From contig NZ_AP012549.1 of assembly GCF_000829235.1 (NCBI RefSeq), forward strand, positions 1,500,001 through 1,532,000: a stretch of DNA of 32,000 nucleotides, given 5' to 3'. The stretch comes from a cyanobacterium endosymbiont of Epithemia turgida isolate EtSB Lake Yunoko (GTDB taxonomy: Bacteria > Cyanobacteriota > Cyanobacteriia > Cyanobacteriales > Microcystaceae). A program made the translations under genes and the position numbers. Each line of letters begins with the position of its first letter. Positions within the stretch are counted from its first letter, which is position 1. This document shows, piece after piece, positions 1 through 12,511 of the stretch. Under the pieces are notes generated by a model. The model was not told where the DNA came from. It was given only the letters and a program-made list of their open reading frames with translations, and did no database searches.

Positions 1-777
1 TTTTTCTTTAAAGAATAAAACAAAAGATAAGGATCAAAACGGTTGAATTTGACTAATAAACTGGCAGTAACAATCAATAATACTGCTATTAAAACAGGGA
101 CAGAGAAATATGTAAAATTTACATAAATAGTTTTCCTAAATAATAGAGACGGCTAAACAAGTACAATGAATTATTAATGAACGATAAGAAACATAAATTT
201 CACTATATATTGTAGTTAACTCTCCGGAGGTCAATTTTTAAAACCTAGCTACAGACAAAGCAAAGCCTCTTAGTGTTTTACTGATTGCTGAAAAAACATC
301 AATAATGATTTTCTTCATTTCCGTATTTTTCCGATCTCTAATATTTAATCAAATAAACCCGGTAAAACTAACCACTCAATCTGGTAATTTAAAGGAAAAG
401 GATACTAGAAATGTTTCACCTTAAAGTCCATAAGCATGTACATGACGTTCAACGGATTTTGATATTACATAGGTCTGCTAGTGATGTAACAAAAAATCTC
501 AGATTTTATCGATAAGTAGCTGACTAACCAGAACGAGTAAACTGATATGAATTATCTATGGAAGCTAAAAGTGTAGAATTGGACTGGAATGTTGCTATTA
601 AAATTAAAGCCAGCAATTCTCTTTATCCGAAATATTTTCTTTTGAGAAAAAATGAGTTTTTGTACATGAGATGAGAGAATCAATTATGTATTGACATTAT
701 CTCATTTCTTACAAATTAGTCGAGTGCATAAAGTAAACAGAATAAAAAAGTAGTCTTTCGTCATAAATTAGCAAAGA

Positions 778-1818
778 ATGGTTACAGTGTTGGCAATTGA
801 AACAAGTTGTGACGAAACCGCCGTTGCAATCGTAAATGATCGTAATGTTTGGAGTAGTGTAGTAGCCTCACAAATTCCTCTACATCGTATCTATGGTGGT
901 GTTGTTCCTGAAGTGGCTTCCCGCGAACATTTAATAAAAATCAATCTTTGTATTGAGCAAGCGTTAGTTCAATCCCAAATTAGTTGGCAAAAAATTGATG
1001 GTGTGGCTGCTACTGTCGCCCCAGGATTAGTGGGAGCATTAATGGTAGGAATGACAACAGCTAAAACTCTCTCTCTTGTACACCAAAAGCCTTTTATTGG
1101 TGTTCATCACCTCGAAGGACATATTTACGCAACTTACTTAAGTGAATCTACTTGGAAACCCCCATTTTTATGTTTGTTGGTATCAGGCGGTCATACCAGC
1201 CTAATACAAGTTCAAGATTGTGGAGTCTATAAACAATTGGGCACAACCCGTGATGACGCGGCCGGAGAAGCATTTGATAAAGTTGGAAGGTTATTAAATT
1301 TAGGCTATCCAGGGGGACCAGCCATTGATCGCTTCGCTAAAATCGGTAATCCTAAGGCGTTTCTTTTCCCAGAAGGACGGATTTCTTTACCAGAAGGTGG
1401 CTATCATCCTTATGATTTTAGTTTTAGCGGTTTGAAAACAGCAGTATTACGGTTAGTTAACAAATTAGAAAAAGAAAGTAATAACCCATTGCCTGTAGCT
1501 GATATAGCAGCCAGTTTTCAGGAAACTGTAGCACGCTCACTCACGAAAAAAACTATTGCCTGTGCTCTAGATTATGGTCTTCATTCTATTGCTGTTGGGG
1601 GAGGCGTTGCTGCTAATAGTGAACTGAGAAAACAGTTAGAAGTATCAGGAGTTAAACACAATCTAAAAATTCATTTTCCTCCTCTAAGATTATGCACTGA
1701 TAATGCTGCAATGATTGGTTGTGCTGCAGCTGATCATCTTTCCCGAGGACACACTTCTTCTTTGACTTTGAATGTGACTTCTCAATTGTCTATTACTGAA
1801 GTTATGCAACTTTATTGA
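778..1818 (+). CDS. tsaD: tRNA N6-adenosine threonylcarbamoyltransferase TsaD (Kae1/Gcp family)
   Basis: Full-length 346-aa ORF. The N-terminus VLAIETSCDETAVAIV and the HHLEGH and VSGGHTS metal/ATP motifs are typical of TsaD/Gcp. Confidence 0.95.
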   Translation: MVTVLAIETSCDETAVAIVNDRNVWSSVVASQIPLHRIYGGVVPEVASREHLIKINLCIEQALVQSQISWQKIDGVAATVAPGLVGALMVGMTTAKTLSLVHQKPFIGVHHLEGHIYATYLSESTWKPPFLCLLVSGGHTSLIQVQDCGVYKQLGTTRDDAAGEAFDKVGRLLNLGYPGGPAIDRFAKIGNPKAFLFPEGRISLPEGGYHPYDFSFSGLKTAVLRLVNKLEKESNNPLPVADIAASFQETVARSLTKKTIACALDYGLHSIAVGGGVAANSELRKQLEVSGVKHNLKIHFPPLRLCTDNAAMIGCAAADHLSRGHTSSLTLNVTSQLSITEVMQLY

Positions 1819-4782
1819 TTAATAATTATTAATTATTTAATTGTGTTTAAGCTCTTTTTATTCACTAAGAAATAAAAAAACTTTTAAGTGAATATGATGA
1901 ACTACAAATTGGCATGAAATAATTTTATATACAAAAACACAATACATGATTATATCGATAATATCATTGTTAAGTTAGGTAGTTTATAAGAACAGTAGTA
2001 GATAAACAATTTAATCATGTATTCATAGCCGATAAAATCAATTTTGTTGATAGCTTAGTTTAGTTTTTGAAAATAAGAAATCTATAATATTATTGGATAT
2101 TTTTTATTTTTAAATAACAGTTTTAATATGGTTTACATCAAGAGAATAAAAAGATGATAATGCGACCTATAATTTCATATATTTCATTAGTTCTCTAACT
2201 TCTATTACTTTATAAGTGAATAAATTTTTCATAACTAGATAAGTCCCTAGCTAGAGCTATAGTATCAGCATTTCTATTTTATTCATAAGAAAAAGTGATT
2301 TATTTATCCATTGTTCACAAGTAAAAGGGACCAAAGAAACTCAACGTAGCAGACGACTCAGGTCAACATGATATTTTTTTCTTGATTATTGGAATATTTT
2401 ACATGAGCTAGTTTTTCTTTAATCGCTCGGCAAAATTATGAGGCACGGCTAACTTAACCCTGATTTTGTCAATAAAAACTAGATCTAAAAGTTTAGGTTG
2501 ACTAACTGTAGTCAAATATTTTTATTTCTGAGTTTAAAGCTTATTGTGTGTAACTTACCAAGGTATAAAGTATTTTAAAAAATCAAGTTAAGTTTTTTGA
2601 CGAAACGACATATAGTAAAAATACTAACTGTAACACCTTATTTTTTCTCGTAAGTGAGAACTTAGTTATTGTAGAATAGTATCATTATTTTTTCTAATAT
2701 TCTATAATATTAAGCATATATTTATATCTAATCAAAGAAGATTTAAAGCATAGATATAATAGTAATTATATACTTTTTATTATTTGATAACTTCTAAACA
2801 ATAGATAAACATATGTCAGATTTAAATTCAAGTTGATTGATATTATTTACATTTAATCTGATTTTAAAGGGAATATATATAGACTACTGCTTTATCTTTT
2901 AGTGTGACTATTATTTTTATATTCTTTACATCAATCTATCTGAACAAAAACTACTTTTAGTTAAATAAAATATAAATTTTAATATATTTAATTTGATACT
3001 AAAATAATAAAGTATTAATTGTTTAGTTATCGACGATATAAAAACTAAATTAACATGATATTTACTATTTCTAAAAAAATTAATATTTTTATTGTACAAC
3101 TTAATCCATAAGAGTATTAATAATTACTTAAAATAACAATCTTAACGATAAACAATAAAATTGTTATCTCAAAAAATAGAATAAGATAAAGATATTTTAT
3201 ATATTTAAATCAAAAATTTCTTTTATACAACTAATATTAATACTTAGTTAAGTAAGAAATAATTTAATAATTATAAATACTTTTTTGTTTTCAAATTTAC
3301 ATAATATAAAATATTAATTTCATATTATGTAACTAACCATTCATATTAATTTTTATATAGAAAATTTTTCTTATTAAGAAATAATCTATAGTTCTTTTTG
3401 ATTAATTTTTTTAAAAAATTTGTTAGTAGTAGATACTTAGTCTATAAAAATTTTAAGATTAAATTGTACTTTAAATAAAAATATATTTAGGTAATCTGTA
3501 TTATCTTTGATTGACTTTAAAATTAATAATGTACCACAGTAGCGCGAAATCAAATTTGATTTATATTTATAATCTTATCTCACAGGATTTAGTTTGATTT
3601 AAATAAGTTTTTAAAAACTTATTACGCTCTACTATAAGGCTGAGAAAAAACTTATATCAGAGTATAATTGATAAAACTAATTCTAGTAATTTATTCTTTG
3701 TAAACCGAAAAATAGCATAATAACACCATTGTTCAGGACATAATCTCTGCTAAAAAATTATTACCAACTACATTAGTATTTTTTTTACAAGTAGAAACCT
3801 ATAAAGAAAATTATTTCATAGGTTTATTTTCTGATCTATAATAATCGATTTTAATAAATTTACTATAATTTTTTACCAACAAAACCTATTAATTAAAAAA
3901 CAAAATAATAACGCTGTTTATATATTTAATATAAATTGCTTAAATCAAAAAATATTTAGGTAAACTTAAGATAAGATTTTATGCTTATGGATTTGTATTT
4001 TCTGTCTAGTCAATATCGTCATTTTAATTGAGTTATACATGGGCAAATTAATAAATTTCAAAAATAGCGATACATTAGAATCTACTAACCAGGTAGATAG
4101 ACTGACTTTAGTCCTGCTTAAAAAATATATTAAAGTATAGTTAACGATATTTACCTCAATAAAAAATAACTAATATTTATCTATATTTTATTTTTATAGT
4201 TCTAAAAAATAATTCCCGTTATTGCTACTTTTGAATAAGTTATTTGTATGGAAATAAAAAATATATTTTAACCTAAATAAATATAACTTAACCCCAGATA
4301 ATTAAATTAAAATAAAAAAGATAATCATGATTATTTTAACTTTTAAATATTTAGGTTGTTGATCTTGTTAAAGACAATGTCATCATTCCCATGAATAAAC
4401 GAACATAAAAAGTTTTCCCTGATGTGAAACTATCGAGAACTACAAAGTCTATAGGAACCAATAATATAATTACGGCATGCAATGCTCGAGTAGTCAAGTA
4501 TAAATTATTCTAAGAAATTCATTAACTTCTTATCTAAAATATCAAGATATATAGCCTAAAAATATAATACTGAGCGATGGACAAAAATTTTTCCTACTTA
4601 TTGGTGACTAACACCCCTTAAGAGATCACCACCATTAAACTCTCAATAATATAAGTTTAATCTAGCTTCTAACAAGTTAGACAAAGATAGTAGACTAACT
4701 ACTTCAATTAAGTTTAATTTAGTGGATTTATTACCTAGAGATAAAATTTTTAAAACAGTGAGTGATTAATAAGGAGTATCTT

Positions 4783-5052
4783 TTATCCTCTTTTCTCTGA
4801 TATATATTTTTGTAGTACCTGCTCCAATCTAGCAACCGAAATACGAGGGGAAGGACGGGGAATTATTGTTTCAGTATCCTCCCATCTTTGATACAAAGTA
4901 GGAACTTCATATTGATAAGCTTCGAACCAATCTTCACGAGTTGTAATATCTCTAATTTCTAGGTTAATATTTATAGTTTGAATTTGTTCTAATTTTTTTT
5001 GTAATCTTTCACATAAATGACAACCAGGTTTGCTATAAAGAATTAATTGCAT
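4783..5052 (-). CDS. Glutaredoxin-like thioredoxin-fold protein (DUF836-type)
   Basis: 89-aa ORF with an N-terminal beta-strand plus CxxC (LYSKPGCHLCE). Its size and the YEVP motif match the small glutaredoxin-like family common in cyanobacteria (family assignment from memory). Confidence 0.8.
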   Translation of the reverse strand: MQLILYSKPGCHLCERLQKKLEQIQTININLEIRDITTREDWFEAYQYEVPTLYQRWEDTETIIPRPSPRISVARLEQVLQKYISEKRG

Positions 5053-5931
5053 AATATTTATAGATAGAATGTATTGTTATGAATAATTTAATGAATTTCA
5101 TTAAAAGTTAACCATCATTTAGATTACCTTAAAACAGATTATTTATGCAAGTGTGTAGACGAGCTTCAAATTCATGGTTTTCAACTACATAAAAAAAATG
5201 CTATAAGTAAATATACTTACCTCCAACAATAGAGATAATCTAACCCAATAATTATTTATTGTTTAAAATTTAAATTTATACTACAAAACAATTTAAATAG
5301 TGTGTAAACAACCACACAAATAGAATTTTTTATTGACTTTAAATAAGTAGTAATATTCTTATCTTGTTGTTAAAGATAGCAAATAAGGTAGAAAATTATG
5401 CTGTAATTGCTGATAATTAGGAAAAAATATTAAATTTTAGATGATTCTAAAATTTAAGTTTTCTTAAGTAAAATAATAATTAAATTAAAAGAAAAATATA
5501 TCAACTACCTGACCATCTAGATTGAAACAAAATTGAAAATCAGTAGTTTACTACAATAACTAAACTTAAACAAATGTTACCCATACTTGAAACAGTTAAG
5601 AAATCTATATATTTTTGTTTATCAATTGTTCTAGTGTTTTAGAATTTTTCTGTTAGGCTTTAACATAAAAATTTTAAAAACCTATCCTCTTTTTCTTGCC
5701 TGAGATATGTTTTAATGTTTGTTTTTTGTCAAGTATTACTTTTGACTTTTTTTTTTGTTCTGAGATTTTGTTATAGCTAAGAAAAAAAATGGTGTTTTTA
5801 TCGCTAAGGAATTTATTTTAAACACCTGCATCTACAAATAGTAAACTTATAACTTTTGTTCGAGTAAAATCTCTAGAATAGAAACCGGGCAAGAAACAAT
5901 GTTATCAGTTATTAAAAAGTCTGAACTTGAT

Positions 5932-5983
5932 AATCTCCCTAAATAGATATTTTTGTCGACAAAAATATCTATTTAGGGAGATT
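5932..5983. repeat. 52-bp perfect palindrome (26-bp arms, no spacer) centred on GTCGAC
   Basis: aatctccctaaatagatatttttgtc|gacaaaaatatctatttagggagatt. I checked every position pair from 5957/5958 out to 5932/5983, and the first mismatch is at 5931/5984. It lies 74 nt upstream of the purA ATG. Confidence 0.95.
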
Positions 5984-6051
5984 TAGCTAATGAAACTGGG
6001 TTAAAGCCAACTAGTTGAATAATTTTAACTTGACAAAAACTTCTCTTATAA

Positions 6052-7440
<1,389 letters not shown>

Positions 7441-7475
7441 CAATTAACGATTTTGTTTTAGGGAGTAATTATCTT

Positions 7476-7784
7476 ATGTCTCTTAGTATTGAGTGTCAAA
7501 AAAGACCTGAAGGCAGTAAACCTAATGCCCTGCGCCGGAAAGGATTAATTCCTGGCAGTTTATATGGACATGATGGAGCAAATTCTATGTCCTTAGTTGT
7601 TAATGCGAAGGAAGCAGTGAACCTCTTAAAAAAGGTTTCCATTAATGAGACCATCATCGAAGTTCAGATCCCCGATCTATCTTGGAAAGGTAAAGCTTTA
7701 ATTAGGGAAGTACAAGCTCATCCTTGGAAAAGAACGGTTTTACATTTGAGCTTTTTTCATGTAGTTGATGCTGAAGCAGCCTAA
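7476..7784 (+). CDS. rplY: 50S ribosomal protein L25 (short form)
   Basis: 102-aa ORF with LRRKGLIPGSLYG, like the RR-x-G-x-IP-x-x-x-YG motif of bL25. A GGGAG Shine-Dalgarno lies ~10 nt upstream, and the gene sits 35 nt after purA. Confidence 0.8.
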   Translation: MSLSIECQKRPEGSKPNALRRKGLIPGSLYGHDGANSMSLVVNAKEAVNLLKKVSINETIIEVQIPDLSWKGKALIREVQAHPWKRTVLHLSFFHVVDAEAA

Positions 7785-7829
7785 TGGTTTGACATATTCA
7801 TCCTCTCAGTGAAAATATATTAATCAATA

Positions 7830-7865
7830 TCCCCGCTAATCTACTGAGACAACGGGGAGTTTTTG
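7830..7865 (+). terminator. Candidate intrinsic terminator between convergent rplY and ribH
   Basis: tccccg (7830-7835) pairs with cgggga (7853-7858) around a 17-nt loop, followed by g-ttttt. The large loop makes it only moderately convincing. Confidence 0.4.
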
Positions 7866-7903
7866 ACTTTCTAAAGCATCAGTTAATTGGTCAGTTTCAA
7901 AGA

Positions 7904-8497
7904 TTATTCTAGTTGTTCTGAAATTTCCGAGAAAGATTCACTAATCATCGGGCGACTATGGGAAGAAACTGGTAACTTAGAGGGATTATTACCTTGGTAC
8001 GTTGAAGATCGTACTTGCTGGTGAATTTTTTCCATTAAACTAGCCATTTCCAAAGCATTGAGAGCATAATTCCAGCCCAAATTGCTTTTAATCCCAGCTC
8101 TTTCCAGAGCTTGTTGCATAGTGTCGGTGGTTAGAACTCCAAAAATTACCGGAATGCCTGTTTGAAAGCCTACTGCTGCGATCCCTTTGGCAACTTCTGC
8201 GGCCACATAATCAAAGTGGGGCGTATGTCCTCGAATCACAGCCCCCAAGCAAATGATGGCATTGTAACGATGAGACAGAGCTAGTTGACGAGCCACTAGA
8301 GAGATTTCAAAACTTCCTGGGACCCAAATATAATCAACCTGAGTACTGTCAGGATTAACATTTATGCCGTGCCTTTTTAAGCAATCTTTACAACCTGATA
8401 GAAGTTTTTCGGTTACTAGGTCATTGAAACGACCAATAACGACAGCAAAGCGTAAGGCAGATAGATCTTGAGTAAAAGTTCCCTCGAATGTCGTCAT
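7904..8497 (-). CDS. ribH: 6,7-dimethyl-8-ribityllumazine synthase
   Basis: 197-aa ORF with [17 protein letters not shown] and [14 protein letters not shown] motifs characteristic of RibH. The S/Q-rich C-terminal tail is longer than the core domain. Confidence 0.9.
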   Translation of the reverse strand: MTTFEGTFTQDLSALRFAVVIGRFNDLVTEKLLSGCKDCLKRHGINVNPDSTQVDYIWVPGSFEISLVARQLALSHRYNAIICLGAVIRGHTPHFDYVAAEVAKGIAAVGFQTGIPVIFGVLTTDTMQQALERAGIKSNLGWNYALNALEMASLMEKIHQQVRSSTYQGNNPSKLPVSSHSRPMISESFSEISEQLE

Positions 8498-8542
8498 AAA
8501 TATTCAGTTGAGTACGTCTGTGTAAAGGTTATTTCTCATATC

Positions 8543-8570
8543 ATAGAGGTCAACAGTTGTTGACCTCTAT
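8543..8570. repeat. Perfect 13-bp-arm inverted repeat 45 nt upstream of the ribH start
   Basis: atagaggtcaaca gt tgttgacctctat. The arms contain G/C, unlike the surrounding sequence. Confidence 0.9.
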
Positions 8571-8881
8571 ATTAGTTATTAGTTTATCCATGATTGATAG
8601 TTAATGTCCCTATATATAATTTCTACTTTAGGTAAGGACACTTGTATTGTATTCGAAAATAAGCTTAAAATTCCTCCAATTGATGATCAGGACAGTCCAA
8701 ATAGCATATTCAATATTTAAGGTAAGAGTTTAGACTTATCTTGAATTTTTAAAAAAAATATAGGTTACTGGGATACCGCAAACCATGATAAAGAAAAAGA
8801 GGACTACAGTTGATAAAGCAATTTAGAAAACGATAGACATTGTAAAAGTTTTCCTAAAGTTATCGTAAGTAGAGTTGGGTG

Positions 8882-8927
8882 AAAGTAGCTTTGAGAGTCT
8901 AAGCTATCAGACTGTCAAAGCTACTTT
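8882..8927. repeat. 19-bp-arm inverted repeat (1 mismatch), 8-nt loop
   Basis: aaagtagctttgagagtct aagctatc agactgtcaaagctacttt. The single g/g mismatch is at 8895/8914. Confidence 0.9.
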
Positions 8928-9456
8928 ATTAGTAAGTTATTAAATATAAGAATATTCATAGTTTCTCTATTTATAGTCATTTAAATTTTTGAGTAGTTCT
9001 CAGACTAAAGATATAAGTAACTATTAACTTATATTAGTTAGAGTATTATACTTCATAACTTTTTAGATAAAAAATACTGGATACATATATAAAAGTTGAA
9101 TCAAAGTAAAAAATTATTATTACTTTGACTATAAATATATGATCAAACAATTTATTATTAGTAATCTACTGAATAAATTAAAAATATTTAGTAATTTAAT
9201 TTATAGCTAGAATATAATTTATTTTATATTAAATACTGCTTTGATTTTTAATAAAATTTAGGTAAGAATACAAGATTAAAATTTATTACCAGTCAAAGAT
9301 AAAATAAGAGTTGTGCAAAAATTATTATCAAAATAGTAAGTTAATAAACTTTTAATTTAAAAACTGGGTAGATTTTTAAACCTATAAATTTATAAATTTT
9401 TATTGTAATTAACTTTAATTTATTAGGATATTCTACTATTTTGTTATTGCTTGGCT

Positions 9457-9508
9457 ACGATAGGCAATATTTAGACTAAATATTGCCTATCGTAAAAAAT
9501 TTACGATA
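9457..9508. repeat. 17-bp perfect hairpin overlapping a second 9-bp hairpin
   Basis: acgataggcaatattta gac taaatattgcctatcgt (9457-9493). The 3' end of its right arm also forms tatcgtaaa aaa tttacgata (9488-9508). The tacgata motif occurs in direct and inverted orientation. Confidence 0.9.
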
Positions 9509-10439
9509 AATACACTTTTAATACCGATTATTTAATCTTAATAATTCTGATATATGGATTTAGGTTTTCTCACAAATATTTTATATTTATCTGAATTTAT
9601 TCTTTTATTTAACTTTGATAAAAGTTTATTTAGAGATAGAATTAAGTATTAACTTGCTTTGTACAATCAAATCTATCTGTTACCACTTAAGTTTATAAAA
9701 TCAATTAGTTGATAACACAATTAAATATCTTAAAAGAATATTTTAATTATGTTAAATTTTAGCAACCCCCGGTTTTTTGAATTAATCTTAAGCTATTTAA
9801 ATAGATAAAGTTTTTATATGCAATTATTGATCTACTCAAAAGAGTATATATTTTTATTTTTTTGTTATTAAATTTTCTATAAATATATTTATAAATTAAT
9901 CATATTCTATGTATAAATAGTTCATAAAGTATCTTCTCTTTTTAAGAATTATTTTTATAATTAATTTGTTATTTTAATAAATCTTTTTAAGAAGTAAATT
10001 ACACTAAAGATAAGTTAATGTTGTATGTATTTACAGTAAATGTAACTATTTTTATCTCATTTAAAATCTTACAACAGATAATGATAAAGTTTTCTCGATT
10101 TAAAATATTATTTATTAACCTAAGTTAAATTTTTCCTTTTATAGAATAGATATAAATTAAATAAACGTGTTGAGTTTGCGATAATTTAATTCAAATAAAA
10201 ACCTTGTTATTATATTGTCTATAGTATAATTACTACTTTTTAAAAAAATTATAATTAATAATGAATCTTTATCCTTGTTTTTATTCGTGTAGCTTTTATA
10301 TTAATATCAAATATATAAAAATAAAATCTTTAAATAAATTAAAATATAAATAAGAAATTAACATAGAATATATAGGTTAATTTTTGAATAATAAATATGT
10401 TTTAATTAAATTATTAGTAATTCTTTACAAAAATTATAC

Positions 10440-10488
10440 ATATCTTGTATTTATTGATATTTTTAAAATGCCAATAAATACAAGATAT
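10440..10488. repeat. 17-bp perfect inverted repeat, 15-nt loop
   Basis: atatcttgtatttattg (10440-10456) is the exact reverse complement of caataaatacaagatat (10472-10488). Confidence 0.9.
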
Positions 10489-10538
10489 TCTTACTGGTCC
10501 AATATGAGATTAATAATAAACTCCTTCTATATTATGCT

Positions 10539-10572
10539 CTTAAAGCAGAAAGCTATAGCTTTCTGCTTTAAG
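10539..10572. repeat. 34-bp perfect palindrome
   Basis: cttaaagcagaaagcta|tagctttctgctttaag, checked pair by pair. It lies 50 nt downstream of the previous hairpin. Confidence 0.9.
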
Positions 10573-11159
10573 CTTAAAAATTTAAAGTTAAAAATATTTT
10601 GACAAAAAAATCTTAGTTACAAGTCAAATAATCTTATTTTAAAATTAGATTTTTATAAGAATTATTATAAGTACTTTGTTATCTCAGGCAGGATAGTAAG
10701 TTTAAGAAAATTATATTTATTTATTATTATTATTGTTCATTAATTAGTATAACTACAATAATAATAAATAGAATTTCTCATAGAAAATATGGTGTCTTAA
10801 AAATATTTTTATTAACTTGTATTTAAACGCATTCAAATTATTTACGAAATTAAAGTGACTAAATTTATCAATAAATTTTATAATTAAGTGTTAAAAAATC
10901 GAGGTAATTAAGTAACTATATCTGTCTAGTAAACAGACTAAAAAATACAAAATTATTCAAAAAATTAGATAGTAATTATATATTTTTATACAATAGAATT
11001 TCTCATAAAAGAAATAATTTTACTTTTTACAAAAAAATACTTATAATGAAATGAAAACAATCTAGATATAAATAATATCTATAAAATCTTGTTTAATTGA
11101 AAATTAGAGCTTATTATTACAAAATAAGTATCTAAAAAGTAAAGATTATTTTTAATAAA

Positions 11160-11199
11160 ACTATTTTTTATATTTTAAGAATAAAATATAAAAAATAGT
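11160..11199. repeat. 18-bp perfect hairpin, 4-nt loop (almost pure A/T)
   Basis: actattttttatatttta agaa taaaatataaaaaatagt, checked pair by pair. Confidence 0.85.
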
Positions 11200-11694
11200 A
11201 AATTTTCTGTAGTGATAAATTGTACCCATGGTAATAAAATTGTTAATAAATCTAATAAATCAAAACAAGAGGAGATATCGTATTTATCATAATTCCTTAA
11301 AAAAGAAGTTTTTATAAACTAAAATCAAGCATGGTTTTTTGATTAAAATTACTATTTACGTTAACTATAAATTACTGGACAACAAATAGTTAAAAAAATT
11401 TATTTTCCATTTGCTAAAATTCTTTACTGACTAAGTAAAATTATCTAGGTTTACTTCAGTATTATTCTGATGGAATTAAATTTATTTGTTGTTGTACTTA
11501 TCTATTAATATCTGTATGAGAGCAAAGCTATAAGAATAATTTTAAAAATTTATAAATATTGAGGCGTTAGTAAAAAATTTTATGTTAAATATTTTTTGCT
11601 AACGATACTAGAGATAACTCGGAATTAATTTAGAAACCTACTGTGTATAATGACACATATTATAGGTTAGCTTATTAAAACTTAGCCCATATTT

Positions 11695-12146
11695 AATTTA
11701 TATATTTCTTGTACATGATATCATCAATATATTGAAATTTTAATGGTTCAGATCTATTAATCTCAATAAGAATTTAACCAAATAGTCTGTTTAGCTAAAG
11801 GAGGGGTAAGAATTGGGAATATTTTCTGTCGTTTTGATAAAAAGTCTCTGGAAATTCTTTATATTACTTCATATCTGGATGAAAAAATTAAAAATGAGGA
11901 GAAATTTAACTTTCAAATGATTTAGCTATGATATGGGAATCATTGGGATATCGTATATTATTAGTCGAAGATTTAATTGATTCTGGTATTTATCTTTAAG
12001 AAGGAACCCAAAAATAATTAGAATTCGGTCTGCTTTCCTCTGCTACAAAAGTTCTTCTGCCGTTAAACCTGATTACTATGTGAAATATTTAGCTTTACAT
12101 GTATATTCATATATTTGAAAAGTTAAGAGTCAAATTACTTGTTTAA
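11695..12146 (+). pseudogene. Decayed type I phosphoribosyltransferase (small cyanobacterial Gpt/Hpt-like PRT family)
   Basis: Translation across three frame changes gives four segments. Segment 1: YISCT*YHQYIEILMVQIY*SQ*EFNQIVCLAKGGVRIGNIFCRFDKKSLEILYITSYLDEKIKNEEKFNF. Segment 2: DLAMIWESLGYRILLVEDLIDSGIYL*EGTQK*. Segment 3: IRSAFLCYKSSSAVKPDYYVKYL. Segment 4: YIHIFEKL. The PRPP-binding loop (ILLVEDLIDSG) and the ARGG-like and PDYYV motifs are recognisable. In-frame stops lie at 11716, 11758, 11767 and 11997, and the frame changes from 1 to 0 to 2 to 0. Confidence 0.7.
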
Positions 12147-12205
12147 AAAATAATGTACGAGATACTAACAAAAAAATATATATCTATCAGTTATGCAAAT
12201 AAATA

Positions 12206-12511
12206 ATGAGAATTATTATCATGGTATACGTTCTTATGTCCATAACAACGAATCTCTAAAGAGAATCTATAACTGCCTTTCTCATATTTAAGGACATATC
12301 AGAGGGGTGGGTAAAAACAATGGTAATAGATAATCGTCACTGCCTATAAATTTTAATCCAATTAGCAACAGTTAGAGTAGCAATTGATCGAGTATCTTAG
12401 TCAAATTTAGATGAATATTTAAGCGAATGTGTAGCATGTGCGGAACAATAGGGTAATATCAATGAGGAAATTGAAAAATTAAAAGTAGCTTTAGATAAAA
12501 TTTTGCCTTAA
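12206..12511 (+). pseudogene. Possible decayed ~100-codon gene of unknown family
   Basis: One frame reads MRIIIMVYVLMSITTNL*RESITAFLIFKDISEGWVKTMVIDNRHCL*ILIQLATVRVAIDRVS*SNLDEYLSECVACAEQ*GNINEEIEKLKVALDKILP*. It has only 4 internal stops in 102 codons, and G+C is locally higher than in the surrounding desert. I could not recognise a family. Confidence 0.3.

Noticed and set aside
650-777. TTGACA hexamer at ~694 as a tsaD promoter; similar TTGACA boxes at 14133, 27308 and 27399
   Set aside because: No convincing -10 element lies at 16-18 bp spacing. In sequence this A/T-rich, promoter-like hexamers occur constantly, so none is reported as a feature.
2335-2400. Peptide KKLNVADDSGQHDIFFLIIG, resembling the LNVADNSGAK motif of ribosomal protein L14
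   Set aside because: The similarity is limited to about 8 residues and is flanked by stops on both sides. An rplN copy is not expected outside the ribosomal protein cluster. This is probably coincidence.
4380-4760. Minus-strand frame downstream of the glutaredoxin-like gene with ~5 stops in ~105 codons (…EFNGGDLLRGVSHQ*VGKIFVHRSVLYF*…)
   Set aside because: The stop density is only modestly below what this composition predicts, and I recognise no protein family. That is not enough to call a pseudogene.
10384-10602. 72-aa ORF from the track in the 8.5-13.3 kb desert
   Set aside because: It is an N/K/I/Y/L-only product of near-pure A/T sequence. It opens at TTG and is internally occupied by two long palindromes (10440-10488, 10539-10572). 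The desert ORFs 25677-25886, 12514-12726 and 21231-21416 are rejected on similar grounds: no family resemblance, and the last is antisense to a more gene-like frame.
10711-10770. (ATT)n microsatellite facing an (AAT)n run, forming a 12-bp stem
   Set aside because: This is low-complexity trinucleotide slippage. The pairing follows trivially from repeat composition, so I did not count it among the significant hairpins. The A/T-only palindromes at 25510-25530, 15636-15653 and 17865-17896 are treated the same way.
10768-11006. Short local direct repeats: atagaatttctcata twice 222 bp apart; also actacaggtttt at ~25700/25939, attgacaagta at 27307/27398, tactctttatttt at 12999/13144, and tataaatttataaatt at 9384/17904
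   Set aside because: My rough estimate for this A/T-biased composition is that 11-16-mer repeats are expected at about this frequency. They have no array structure or regular spacing, so this is not a CRISPR or tandem repeat locus.
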